Assembly: GCA_965234725.1 (NCBI GenBank)
Contig: CBDDUX010000038.1
Location: 1 to 64,000, forward strand
Reading direction: 5' to 3'
Length of the DNA stretch: 64,000 nucleotides
Source of the DNA: Thermoplasmatota archaeon
GTDB lineage: Archaea > Thermoplasmatota > Penumbrarchaeia > Penumbrarchaeales > Penumbrarchaeaceae
Shown here: piece after piece, positions 10,471-20,295 of the stretch
How the letters are laid out: each line of letters begins with the position of its first letter
Numbering within the stretch: position 1 is the first letter of the stretch
Program-made: the position numbers and the translations under genes
Notes under the pieces: generated by a model
What the model saw: only the letters and a program-made list of their open reading frames with translations
The model's database searches: none
What the model was told of the DNA's origin: nothing

Positions 10471-11523
10471 ATGAAGGGAAGAAACATTAAGAAGCGCAAC
10501 CTAACATGGCTAGCCCTTGCTATCCTCTTCATTGTTATCATTGCCTTGTTCATCAACTTCGGCGGAGAGATCCTTGATGAACTGGTTGGTCTCGATCCAG
10601 TATACTTATTATTTGCCCTGGCATGCTACTCAGGTGTTCAGCTGGCCTGGGCGATCAAATGGTACCTTCTCGTGAAAAGAAGGGTGAAGAATGCCTGGTT
10701 CCCTTATGTTGCCCTTGCCAACATGTATGGAAATTTCGTTAATGTTACCACTCCATCAGGACGAATGGCCGGAGAACCCCTCAGGTCAAGGGCCGTTGCA
10801 AAAAAATACAGGGCAAGGTTCTCCACAGTATTTGCCGCAGCTATGGTGGACAAGATGACATTGACCATAGCCATGATCATTCTTCTCATCCCACTCACGA
10901 TCTACATGACCTTCACCTTTTCCATGCCCAGGATACTTGAGTATTTCATGGGGGCCTTTGTTCTTTTCTGGATCGGTGTGGCTACCATCTCCTATTTTCT
11001 CTTCAAAGGGATGGGAGAAGGGAGGTCCCGAAAGGTAGGTGACTTCATATACCGGATCGCCAGGGTGATACTGAAGGGAAAATATAGCGACAGGGGATTC
11101 TTTGTAAACAAGGTCAAGGACGGGATCCTGGAATTCAAGAGATCGTTCAAGATCCTCTCCAAGGATCCATTCCTGCTTGCTATCGACCTTGCACTCGGAA
11201 TCACGATCTATCTGTTCAGATTCGCAGCGGCCTATATGTTCTTCCTAGCTATTGGCCATTCGGAGCCCTTCCTCACTGTCTCCACGGTTGTAATGATAGC
11301 ATTCATCATCGGTCTGATATCACAGCTACCCGGTATGGTGGGGGTCGGAGAATCATCCATGACCGGTCTTTATCTGGCAACCGGTGTCAGGGTTTCGACT
11401 GCCATAACAGTATCCATCCTAACTCAGCTCAATGTTTACATCTTCGAGATAGGGCTTGGGTATCTCTCCATGATAGCCCTCAATCTGTGGAAGAGCAGGG
11501 ATTCATCCTCTAAGCTCCCTTGA
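10471..11523 (+). CDS. UPF0104 / lysylphosphatidylglycerol-synthase TM (AglD2-like flippase) membrane protein
   Basis: NVTTPSGRMAGEPLR and LPGMVGVGE motifs; about 8 TM helices. Confidence 0.85.
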   Translation: MKGRNIKKRNLTWLALAILFIVIIALFINFGGEILDELVGLDPVYLLFALACYSGVQLAWAIKWYLLVKRRVKNAWFPYVALANMYGNFVNVTTPSGRMAGEPLRSRAVAKKYRARFSTVFAAAMVDKMTLTIAMIILLIPLTIYMTFTFSMPRILEYFMGAFVLFWIGVATISYFLFKGMGEGRSRKVGDFIYRIARVILKGKYSDRGFFVNKVKDGILEFKRSFKILSKDPFLLAIDLALGITIYLFRFAAAYMFFLAIGHSEPFLTVSTVVMIAFIIGLISQLPGMVGVGESSMTGLYLATGVRVSTAITVSILTQLNVYIFEIGLGYLSMIALNLWKSRDSSSKLP

Positions 11524-11880
11524 GGTCCTCTCCACAACGGACTTCACATTGGTGTACCATTCCTCAATGGTCTCAATGAGCAATTCCTGAACCTTCTCGG
11601 GCTCCATAGCTTCGTATACATGGAAGATCCCCCCTCCCTCCCTGTTCCTTATCTTCTTGAAGACCAGACGATTGTCCACCAGCTTGCTAACAGATCGATA
11701 GGCAGTGGAGCGGTCCCTGCCGATCCTGTTTCCGATCTCAATTGCCGTACCTGGTCCGTTCTCTAGAAGTTCCCGGTACACCTTGAGGTCCTGGGTCGAT
11801 AGATCGAAAAAGCATCGAATAGCATTCTCACAATTGGAACTCATTCTCCTGGGGAACAGTTTCACATCCATCCGGACCAC
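11503..11880 (-). CDS. TrmB-like helix-turn-helix transcriptional regulator
   Basis: RCFFDLS..DLKVY..L....TA.EI...I.RDRSTAYRSV.KLV...LV.K......GG..HVY pattern. Confidence 0.85.
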   Translation of the reverse strand: MVRMDVKLFPRRMSSNCENAIRCFFDLSTQDLKVYRELLENGPGTAIEIGNRIGRDRSTAYRSVSKLVDNRLVFKKIRNREGGGIFHVYEAMEPEKVQELLIETIEEWYTNVKSVVERTSRELRG

Positions 11881-11949
11881 CCGACTTCACATGTAAGGGG
11901 TCAATTCGATTAGACCCTATCAACTCAGTTGTTCGGCATAAGCGCACAA

Positions 11950-11963
11950 CTTTTATATATATA
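11950..11963. promoter_or_regulatory. Probable TATA box shared by the divergent HTH regulator and thioredoxin genes
   Basis: TTTTATATATATAG in the short divergent intergenic region. Confidence 0.5.
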
Positions 11964-11983
11964 GCTAAAGGGGGTCTTTAAGT

Positions 11984-12316
11984 TTGAACCATAAAAATGA
12001 AGGGATCGAGGAACTGAGTGATGACATATTCGATACATACATTTCTCAGAACAGGGTCGTTCTGGTGGACTTCTGGGCACCATGGTGTATGCCATGTCAG
12101 CTCCAGGGCAGAATGCTGAAATCCAATATCGATGATCTCCCTCAGGGAGCCAAATTGGCGAAGATCAATGTTGACAACAATCCCTTGACCTCGCGTAAGT
12201 TCCATGTGAGAGGAATTCCCCAGATGCATCTTTTTGTGGATGGCAAGCTTACCAAAGGATGGACCGGGGTCACTCCAGCTAAGGTCCTTCTTAAAGAAAT
12301 GAAGAGGTTCACCTAG
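11984..12316 (+). CDS. trxA: Thioredoxin
   Basis: VLVDFWAPWCMPC active site, KINVD, VRGIP. Confidence 0.9.
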   Translation: MNHKNEGIEELSDDIFDTYISQNRVVLVDFWAPWCMPCQLQGRMLKSNIDDLPQGAKLAKINVDNNPLTSRKFHVRGIPQMHLFVDGKLTKGWTGVTPAKVLLKEMKRFT

Positions 12317-13482
12317 ATAAGTGGAAGTATTGCACAGTCTCTCAAATATTCTGAATTGAGGTTGGTCATTTCACCGGATGTCCTCCCCGGAATGGGGAGC
12401 AGGCGGGCGGAAAGGGGTTTGTCCCATTTAATTGAAAGATAGGCCACATCCCTAAGAACAGATGCGATCCGATCTACTGGAGCATCCCCCGGAATAGGAA
12501 CCGTATCCAGTCCTGTTCCGCATACAGCCGAATATAGGAGCAGTTTCTGAATATCCAGAGAACCAAGGTCAGCAGACCTTGCCAGACCCTTATCCTCCAT
12601 GACAGGAAGCATCAGACCACTGTATCCGCATCTTTTCACTGTTACATTGGTCAGGGATCGTGTTATCGAGGCTGTAGCTGATAAGGTTCCGCTTGAGCCG
12701 AATGGCGATCCCGTGATCTTCTCTATTGCTGAGGCAATTGAACAACCCTCATCCAGTCCGGGTGCGAAGGATAGATCGATCCCACGGTAATCGTACGAGG
12801 ACCTGGAAGATATCTCAAAGCAGATCTTTTCCACCTTCTTAAGTTCCTGATCGTAAAGGTGACATAGGAACCTCTCGAACTCCTTCAGATGGGAGGTCCT
12901 CTCTGCAGCTATTTTTACCATATCACCGGATTCCATACCCAAGGTGAAAGAGGAGGCACCTCCTCCGTGATATGCGGCAGGAAAGAAAGGGATGTCCGGA
13001 GGACAGGATGCAGTGGATGAGAACATGAAGTTCCTTGACCCATCCGGTGAGATCACGGAGACCTCCTTTATCGCTCGGGAAGCTGCCTGGATATTGTCCT
13101 CCAGAGGGCCTGTAATCCTATCACCTAGAAAAGCAGACGTGCAAACATAGGTGGTCTCCTCAAGCATCTTTGGAACCTGCTCGATAAAAGCGGATGTGAT
13201 CGAAGGCCCCACTGAGATAAAGTCGATACCGTTCCTTCTTGCAGATGCTTCTATCTCCTTCACTTCGGAAAGGAGGCCCTCTCGAGACCTGTTGATAAGG
13301 AAAGTGGTCCAAGGCTGTGTGGAGAGCCGGACAGTCTGGACCTCGATCCCTGAATCGTTGAAGAGGTCCTTTGCACTTTTGAGGAAACTACCAGCTTCCT
13401 CCATCTGCTGGTCCAGATCGGAGAAGTGAATGTGGATACCAGCTGTTACGGTCCTGACCTTCATTGAGGAGGATAGGTCCAT
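12313..13482 (-). CDS. DUF711 / UPF0210 (PFL-like) family protein
   Basis: VRTVTAG, VQTVRLSTQP, PFFPAAYH, GIDLSFAP, GYSGLMLPVMED, YSAVCGTGLDTVPIPGD, KPLSARLLPIPG. Confidence 0.85.
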   Translation of the reverse strand: MDLSSSMKVRTVTAGIHIHFSDLDQQMEEAGSFLKSAKDLFNDSGIEVQTVRLSTQPWTTFLINRSREGLLSEVKEIEASARRNGIDFISVGPSITSAFIEQVPKMLEETTYVCTSAFLGDRITGPLEDNIQAASRAIKEVSVISPDGSRNFMFSSTASCPPDIPFFPAAYHGGGASSFTLGMESGDMVKIAAERTSHLKEFERFLCHLYDQELKKVEKICFEISSRSSYDYRGIDLSFAPGLDEGCSIASAIEKITGSPFGSSGTLSATASITRSLTNVTVKRCGYSGLMLPVMEDKGLARSADLGSLDIQKLLLYSAVCGTGLDTVPIPGDAPVDRIASVLRDVAYLSIKWDKPLSARLLPIPGRTSGEMTNLNSEYLRDCAILPLI

Positions 13483-13579
13483 TCATGTCAAAAAGGGTTT
13501 TGATGGGATTGAAAGAATGAACCATAAAACATCAGTTTAAAATACGATTCCATCCAATTATTGGCCGAGTGATTGAAGC

Positions 13580-14467
13580 ATGAGACGGATCCTTGCACTG
13601 CAGATTTTTCTTGTCTTGATCCTGTCCACGGTAATATTCATCAATGAAGGGTCTGAAGCTGAAGATTCAGTAGAAGGACCGGTATTCACAGTTGTAATGG
13701 ATGAGTATGTGAAGACCGCCATTGTTGCTCCCGGAACCAACGGGATCGTTACATTCTACGGAAATGTATCCTGTGTTTTCCCTGGCAATGCTACTGATGA
13801 GACCTACTACCTTATCTCTTTCAGAACTTCCTGCAGCGGTTGGCCAGTATCCTCCCTTCCTACGTTGATCGTTTCCAGAGAAAAGAACACTGTTGCCTTC
13901 CCTGTAACGGTCCAGGTCCCGTTGGAAACCTCATCCAGCAAGATGGGGAACCTTACAATAGAACTTTTTTGGAGTGATGGTAATCCCTACAATGAGACCC
14001 GAACCATTCCTACGGTATATTGTAAGGTTGAAGTGGAACCTTATATCAGTATCGAGCTCCATGGGATCACTTACAAGGAATCGAAGAAGAGGGAATGGAA
14101 GGAATATGATATCATCATACTCAATTTCGGGAATTCACCTGTGAATATCACATTGGAGATCGAAAATCCTGGAAATCATCCACTGAACGTGGACCCAATG
14201 TATACCACTGTCACTATCCCGGAAGGCAATGAAACCATTGTCACCTTCCGGGTAAGACAGGAAGGAGGAGGTGCCGGGTCCCATTACGTACTGCTCAAAG
14301 CGATCTCGGAGGATGGTGAAGAACTCTCGGAGATAAGTATATACTACAGGGGAGGGGTCGAAATAGATCCTGTTGTGATCTTTATCCTATCCTCCCTTGT
14401 TATCCTTGGGTTCATTGCTGTTATCTTTTCAATAAGGAAACTTCGAAAAAGAAGTAAAACTGTCTGA
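13580..14467 (+). CDS. Secreted membrane-anchored Ig-like protein (choice-of-anchor-T-like)
   Basis: Signal peptide, VAPG..GIVTF.GNV motif, I.N.GN Ig/NEW3-like domain, C-terminal TM plus KLRKRSK. Confidence 0.6.
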   Translation: MRRILALQIFLVLILSTVIFINEGSEAEDSVEGPVFTVVMDEYVKTAIVAPGTNGIVTFYGNVSCVFPGNATDETYYLISFRTSCSGWPVSSLPTLIVSREKNTVAFPVTVQVPLETSSSKMGNLTIELFWSDGNPYNETRTIPTVYCKVEVEPYISIELHGITYKESKKREWKEYDIIILNFGNSPVNITLEIENPGNHPLNVDPMYTTVTIPEGNETIVTFRVRQEGGGAGSHYVLLKAISEDGEELSEISIYYRGGVEIDPVVIFILSSLVILGFIAVIFSIRKLRKRSKTV

Positions 14468-14880
14468 GTCAATAATGGACCATTAAGTGAAAAGCTTTAT
14501 TTTCTCTACAATATCCCTACGATCCGATGAAGAGAGGTCACATAATAATCATGTCAAGATTTCTGTTTATAATCATTCTATGTATGAGAAAGTCAAACAA
14601 CCAATGGATATCCTGAGTGAATTCTCATGGAAGATCGAAGATGGGAGCAGTTGTGATCTAAGAGAATTCCATATTATCTATTATATCAATGAGGGGATGG
14701 AAAAGGGTTTCCTGAGGATAAGGTTCATTTCACGAACCTTCAGAGATAGAATATCATTTCCAGCATATGGAATGATATCCATATTGGAATTTACTACCCG
14801 ATTTGTCAATAAGGATCCAACAAAGGATTTATCTCGGTACAATCACATTGCCCGGATGGTCCAAAGGTGAAAGTGAGCTT

Positions 14881-17484
14881 ATGTCCAGAGAAAGTCCGAA
14901 AAGGATCACACGAAGGAAGCTGACGGCGATCGGGACGGTATCATTATTGGTGATATCCGCTATTGTAATTTTCCTTTACATTGATCTGAAAGAGGATGGA
15001 GCATTGCCCTTGGCAACGATGGATGATCTACTGAATTCAAGATCCGAGAGGAGCGGAAACGATCCCGATGTGATCATCGTCGATAAAGATCTACCGTACA
15101 TGGTACTGGCAGCAACATCAATTGCAGTCTATTACCAAGATAATGAAAGGATCTCCTCACCGCTCCTGTGTACCGGGGACAACCCGGACACACCCGATGA
15201 GGGGAGTTCAAAATCAACAGAGAGCTTCCTGGACGCTTACCCTCATTCCAATGTACTAAACATCGATTCACACTCGGCCATGGAAGAAACGATAAAGCTC
15301 GCAAAAACCTACTGGAAATCCTCTGATGGTGCAGTGCTCGTGAAAATGGATACTGACGGTTATGAGATGGCCATAAGCGCGGTCGTAATAGCCAGCTACC
15401 TGAATATTCCCGTATTGATAATGGAGGACCAGAGTTCGGAAGTGGATCAAACGCTATCTCTTCTGGACGTAAAATACACGATCCTATGTGGAGACCTTAG
15501 AGGATACGGTAAGATCTGGCCACTTCACTCGAATGAGGAGATCAATTCGATCCTGGCCACAGGTCATCCGGACTCGAAAAGTGAGATGAGATCCATCTTG
15601 AAGGACCGGCTTGGAATGGATGCAAATTATATCGTTTTGGCAAATCCGAACGATATTCGGGTGCCTGGTGTCATCGATTCCTTCACCAAGGAATTCACCG
15701 GGATCGTGAAACATTCGGATACGGGATCAACCTCTTTCCCGACCTCATCTGGGGATGCACCCACTTTTTACATGAACATTCCTGAAGATTACCAATATAC
15801 CAGGGTCACGGTGGATTCCTCAATGGACTGCATTGATCCAAGGAATTTCGGAACGGCAGAAACGCATGGAGAGCGGTCCTATGTCTATTTCGGTATCGAT
15901 GAAGATAAGGACGGACAGATGGTCCATGACGGTGACTCCGAACCAGATACGCTGCATTTCATGTCCCCTTCCCTTGCATATTCATATTCCGGGTCCGGAT
16001 CCAGTGTTCAGGCGGTCTGTCATACCGATTATCCGATCTTCAATTCCACCGGTGAGAAATGCATCCAGATCAAAGCCTCTCTCGATTACAAGGTGACACA
16101 GGATTCCCATCTTCCCGGCCCTGGTATTACCAAGGATATGTTTGGGTCCGAAACAACATTCACGATCACCGTCACGGTTGAGAAACTGGATTCTTACATC
16201 TATCCCAGGCTCGTGGGCGGCTCTTCCCTTGCCTCCTATCTTGCAGCGTTCAGGGGTGGGATCGTCCTCGCCGATCCCGGTTATTCTGTCCATGACGAGG
16301 AGATGGTTGCAAATGCCAACTGTGGAGATCCAACTGCAAACGAGGAACTCTATGAGAATATCAATACACGTACAATGAAGGTGAAAAACGACCTGAACGA
16401 CCTGCTTGGAGACCTGGCAGATGTTGACGGGAATGATTGGGGCAGTGTAGCAGAGGTCTATGGTTCCAGAGACCTATCCGACCCGATGTATGTCGGGATC
16501 TTGGCTGACCCATTCATGATCCCTCAGTTATACTACACGAACACACAGGGAGATTACGGTGAGTCAGAAGGTTTCGGAACCCCTTCGGACAATGGATACG
16601 GCAACATAGATGCTGATCTTGAGAATCTGCCATTCAATGTAGATGGAAGCGCCCCCACACTGGAATTGGCTGTGGGAAGAATGACCGGCTGGGATATTCA
16701 GGACACATCCTCGCTCCTTGCCAGGACCTTCTTCTACGATGATATCATAGATTCATATCCAGGTCATTCAGGATCGTTCAAGGACAGCGCACTGAGTACA
16801 CATGGGACCGTAGTGCCTGTTGGAGCGGCAGAGACCGTCGTGAAGAAACTGGAAGCTGCATATGAACAGGCCGGTTTCACTGTGGATGCATACCACAATT
16901 TCGCCCTGTCGGATTCAAAGTATTCAGCAGAATATTACGAGACCTCCAATTTCATATTCGAATGCGCTCATGGACATTATTACTGGTTCGTCCCTCCGGG
17001 TTACAAGGACACCAGTGCGGGGGGAGGTTTCACGGTTGCTAACGTGCAGGATATGGATTTCGGTCCTGGAGTGATATTCGCCTCATCGTGCGTTACAGGA
17101 AAAGTGGACGGGATACCTCTATACAATGGTCTCTCTCAGACTTTCATCCATTCAGGAATGAATGCATATGTCGGAGCATCCCGATTATCATGGGGGTCGC
17201 TCATACCCAGTCCCATGGCATCTCCATCCGGGGAGGCTCTGGGAGGTTATGTTGGACTCCTCTTCTACGGTTATCTAACTGGTTTTATATATGACAGGGA
17301 TGGAGGGCTGAGATCGGAGGGTGTAGGGGACCTTTCCGTAGGAGCGGCTTTGATGCATGCAAAGAACGATTTCACACTGGAAGAAGGGTCGGATGGAGGG
17401 GGACCGATCGACGATACGGTGGAAGAGTTCAATCTACATGGAGACCCTGCGTTCAACCCTTATGAACCAATATTCGACAGTTGA
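14881..17484 (+). CDS. Membrane-anchored C25 (gingipain-like) cysteine peptidase
   Basis: N-terminal TM; ELAVGRM, CAHG (catalytic His), SSCVTG (catalytic Cys), AYVGASR, FNLHGDPAF. The ORF is open from 14803; the ATG at 14881 was chosen as start. Confidence 0.8.
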   Translation: MSRESPKRITRRKLTAIGTVSLLVISAIVIFLYIDLKEDGALPLATMDDLLNSRSERSGNDPDVIIVDKDLPYMVLAATSIAVYYQDNERISSPLLCTGDNPDTPDEGSSKSTESFLDAYPHSNVLNIDSHSAMEETIKLAKTYWKSSDGAVLVKMDTDGYEMAISAVVIASYLNIPVLIMEDQSSEVDQTLSLLDVKYTILCGDLRGYGKIWPLHSNEEINSILATGHPDSKSEMRSILKDRLGMDANYIVLANPNDIRVPGVIDSFTKEFTGIVKHSDTGSTSFPTSSGDAPTFYMNIPEDYQYTRVTVDSSMDCIDPRNFGTAETHGERSYVYFGIDEDKDGQMVHDGDSEPDTLHFMSPSLAYSYSGSGSSVQAVCHTDYPIFNSTGEKCIQIKASLDYKVTQDSHLPGPGITKDMFGSETTFTITVTVEKLDSYIYPRLVGGSSLASYLAAFRGGIVLADPGYSVHDEEMVANANCGDPTANEELYENINTRTMKVKNDLNDLLGDLADVDGNDWGSVAEVYGSRDLSDPMYVGILADPFMIPQLYYTNTQGDYGESEGFGTPSDNGYGNIDADLENLPFNVDGSAPTLELAVGRMTGWDIQDTSSLLARTFFYDDIIDSYPGHSGSFKDSALSTHGTVVPVGAAETVVKKLEAAYEQAGFTVDAYHNFALSDSKYSAEYYETSNFIFECAHGHYYWFVPPGYKDTSAGGGFTVANVQDMDFGPGVIFASSCVTGKVDGIPLYNGLSQTFIHSGMNAYVGASRLSWGSLIPSPMASPSGEALGGYVGLLFYGYLTGFIYDRDGGLRSEGVGDLSVGAALMHAKNDFTLEEGSDGGGPIDDTVEEFNLHGDPAFNPYEPIFDS

Positions 17485-17558
17485 TCACTTGAATCTACAA
17501 TACGATCCTATACAAATAATTCGATGAAGCATTTTTCATAGTGAAGGGATAGATCGTT

Positions 17559-18008
17559 TCAGGCATCTATCTCAACCTGGATTCCTGGTCCTAAACCATA
17601 TTCCTCTGAAAGGCCCTGATTCACTTCTACAACATAGAGACAAGGTCCTCCGCTGGAAAAGCGGTCTACTTCATTGTCCTTCTTACCTGCACCGGAATTC
17701 GCCTCTGATATCTTGAGGACATGCAGGTCCTCTGAAATGAAGATGATATCCAGGTCCAGATAGGTATCCTTCATCCAGAAGGTTACATTCCTGGGAGTAT
17801 CGTAGACAAAGACCATTCCTTCCTTTTCTCCAAGGGAGGTCCTCAGCATCAGGCCCTTGGTCCTCTCGAAATCATCATCTGCTATCTCACATCGGACCAC
17901 AAGGTCCTTCCCCTCGAGATCGAACCTGACAATGGCCAAAGATCCCTGATCCTTCTCTTCCGGTCCATCCCTTATAGGCATGATACCTGCTAGAAATAGG
18001 GAGATCAA
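17559..18008 (-). CDS. DUF192-family protein
   Basis: EIAD...RTKGLM.R..L....GMVFVY....FWMKDT...LDIIFI...YVVEVN.G. Start codon uncertain. Confidence 0.9.
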   Translation of the reverse strand: MISLFLAGIMPIRDGPEEKDQGSLAIVRFDLEGKDLVVRCEIADDDFERTKGLMLRTSLGEKEGMVFVYDTPRNVTFWMKDTYLDLDIIFISEDLHVLKISEANSGAGKKDNEVDRFSSGGPCLYVVEVNQGLSEEYGLGPGIQVEIDA

Positions 18009-18081
18009 GATCAGTGTGAATATCAGGATAGTTCGGTCGATTTGGATTCCCCGGGTGGTGTAAGAGTTTCAGAGGTTAAAA

Positions 18082-19305
18082 TCATTCATTTTCGCAAGAC
18101 ATTTCCTTCACTGCTGATGCGACGTTCTTTGCAAGCTCGACGAGTCTGTCCAGGTCCTCCGAGGTTGGCGCCCCCATTGCTTCAACAACGGGTGTGACGA
18201 ATTTACAGGTCGATGCCTTTCCGAATTCCTCCAACGCTTTCACTCCGCCTCCACCCCATCCGCAGGAACCGAATACACCCAGAACGTGATTCTTTATCCT
18301 GGATTTCTCAAGAAAATGGACCAATTCATCTATGGGTGGAAACATACCTGTGTTGTAAGTGGGTGTCCCGATGATTATTCCGGCGTTTGTCCATGCATCG
18401 TTCACAAGATAGGAAAGATGTGATTTGGATGCATCATGGACCCTTATCTTCTCTATGCCTTCTTCCGCAAGGGTCCTTGCAACGACCTCTGCCATCTTTT
18501 TGGTATTCCCATACATTGAGCCGTAGATCACCACGACCCCCGTTTCGGTCTCCATTGAAGAGAGCCTGTCATAGTAATCAATGATATATTTCGGATCTTC
18601 TCTCCATATCGGCCCATGTGTGGAGCATATGGCCTTCACCTCCAGACCGGATAGCTTCTTCAATGCTGCCTGGACCATCTGACTGTATTTTGCAACGATA
18701 TTGGTATAATACCTGGAGATCTCGGCCTCGTAATATCTCTTGATATCGATCTCATCATCAAATATCCCGCCATCCAAGGCCCCGAATCCTCCAAAAGCGT
18801 CTCCGGAGAAGAGAATATGGTCCTTCTCATCATAGGTCATCATGGTCTCTGGCCAATGCACCATCGGGGTCATGTAGAATTTGAGCTTCCTCCCCCCGAG
18901 ATCGATCCCATCCCCTTCGCCAACAAGGTGAATATTCTCGGTGATACCGTAGAAGTTCTCCAGGAACTTGGCTGTTTTCTTGTTCCCTACAAGCTTAATA
19001 TCCGGATACTTGGAGATAATAGCCTTGATGGAACCGGAATGGTCGGGTTCCATGTGGTTTATAACGAGATAATCTATCTTCTTTCCATTACCCATCAATT
19101 CCTGGATCTTGTCCAGATATGGGGATGTAACTGTGAATTTTACGGTGTCTATCAAGGCGACCTTCTCATCCATGATGAGGTAAGAATTATAGGAAACACC
19201 CTTGGGCAGAGGCCATAGGGATTCGAATAGGTGTGTTTCCCTGTCGTTGACTCCGATCCAGTATACTCCATCTACGATTCGTACAGGGTCTTCCATTAAG
19301 TCCAT
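18082..19305 (-). CDS. fprA: Flavodiiron protein (FprA, A-type flavoprotein; O2/NO reductase)
   Basis: GVSYNSYLI, NHMEPDHSG, HWPETM, FSGDAFG, STHGPIWR, and flavodoxin domain YGSMYGNT. Confidence 0.95.
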   Translation of the reverse strand: MDLMEDPVRIVDGVYWIGVNDRETHLFESLWPLPKGVSYNSYLIMDEKVALIDTVKFTVTSPYLDKIQELMGNGKKIDYLVINHMEPDHSGSIKAIISKYPDIKLVGNKKTAKFLENFYGITENIHLVGEGDGIDLGGRKLKFYMTPMVHWPETMMTYDEKDHILFSGDAFGGFGALDGGIFDDEIDIKRYYEAEISRYYTNIVAKYSQMVQAALKKLSGLEVKAICSTHGPIWREDPKYIIDYYDRLSSMETETGVVVIYGSMYGNTKKMAEVVARTLAEEGIEKIRVHDASKSHLSYLVNDAWTNAGIIIGTPTYNTGMFPPIDELVHFLEKSRIKNHVLGVFGSCGWGGGGVKALEEFGKASTCKFVTPVVEAMGAPTSEDLDRLVELAKNVASAVKEMSCENE

Positions 19306-19430
19306 CTCCTGGATGAATTTTGGAACGACGTTTGATACTTAAACATTTCACATTGATTGTACTGATAATGTCTTTTCACAACTTTTAAGAACAAGAACTC
19401 TATTGGCCGCTGAACAGGAGGACCTTTTAA

Positions 19431-19598
19431 ATGTCTGTTGAAGAAAAATGCTCATCCTGCGGCATTCCGTTGAAGAGAGAAAAGTCGGTTGGCTTCAAAT
19501 GCCCGTCATGCGGTGTAGGATTCATCGGTCGATGCTCTAACTGTAGAGACCAGTCAGCCATATATGTGTGCAAGAACTGTGGTTTCGAGGGTCCTTGA
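19431..19598 (+). CDS. Small Zn-ribbon protein (HVO_2753/DUF1610 family), not in the supplied ORF track
   Basis: Hand translation gives MSVEEKCSSCGIPL...FKCPSCG...GRCSNCR.....YVCKNCGFEGP* (55 aa, four CxxC). GGAGG RBS upstream; usual position before EF-1beta. Confidence 0.93.
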   Translation: MSVEEKCSSCGIPLKREKSVGFKCPSCGVGFIGRCSNCRDQSAIYVCKNCGFEGP

Positions 19599-19610
19599 GG
19601 AGTGATTTCC

Positions 19611-19877
19611 ATGGGAGACGTTCTTATCAGGTACAAGGTCATGCCCGAGGGACCGGAAGTTGACCTTGAGGAGATAGCCAGGAAATTCAAGGAATATGTT
19701 CCGGACCATGGCAGGATATCCTCTTCTGAAGTGAAACCCGCTTTTTTCGGTATGAATATGTTGGAATGGGCAGTGGTCCTCGATGACAAGATCGGCGGGG
19801 GAGAAGAACTCGAAGAGAAGATGAGGGGTACAGAGGGAGTCAGTTCCCTTGAGATCCTGGAAATGGGGCTCCTTTGA
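19611..19877 (+). CDS. ef1b: Translation elongation factor 1-beta
   Basis: MGDVLIRYKVMPEGPEVDL...P.FFG...EGVSSLEI; follows the Zn-ribbon gene. Confidence 0.93.
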   Translation: MGDVLIRYKVMPEGPEVDLEEIARKFKEYVPDHGRISSSEVKPAFFGMNMLEWAVVLDDKIGGGEELEEKMRGTEGVSSLEILEMGLL

Positions 19878-20245
19878 TCATGATCCTTATCGAGGGAAGG
19901 GTTGCGATCCATCCAACTGAGGATCCGGATAGGGTCAGATCCTCCGTTTTGAATATCTTTCCTGATTCAAGCATTCGGGAGATCGATGATCATCTACTGT
20001 TCACATCAAAAGAAATCGATACTTTCGCTGAGATAATCAGGGACCATTCCATCAGGGATACTGCATCGATGGTCTTGGAGAGAGCCAGGATCGAGGATGC
20101 CACATCTTTTTACCTCAACAAGCAGGCCGCATTCATGGGTGTTGTTAATTTCACTGAAGGTGAATCCACTTTGGGTGATATTGAGGTTCAGGTGAAGGAA
20201 GGGGCCAGAGAGTTCATAGAGTCAATAAGACCCGGTCTAATTTAG
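19874..20245 (+). CDS. UPF0201/DUF54 RNA-binding-domain protein
   Basis: HPTEDPDRV..SV.NIFP, IRDTA, FYLNKQAAF.G.VNF, LGDIEV. Confidence 0.88.
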   Translation: MIMILIEGRVAIHPTEDPDRVRSSVLNIFPDSSIREIDDHLLFTSKEIDTFAEIIRDHSIRDTASMVLERARIEDATSFYLNKQAAFMGVVNFTEGESTLGDIEVQVKEGAREFIESIRPGLI

Positions 20246-20295
20246 GACATGTCAGTTCAACACCACTTATATACTCTCCAGGACAATCGACCATT

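Noticed and set aside
14487-14870. 127-aa ORF between two surface genes
   Set aside because: No recognisable motif or RBS, and it overlaps the extended frame of the next gene. It is probably non-coding, though a remnant cannot be excluded.
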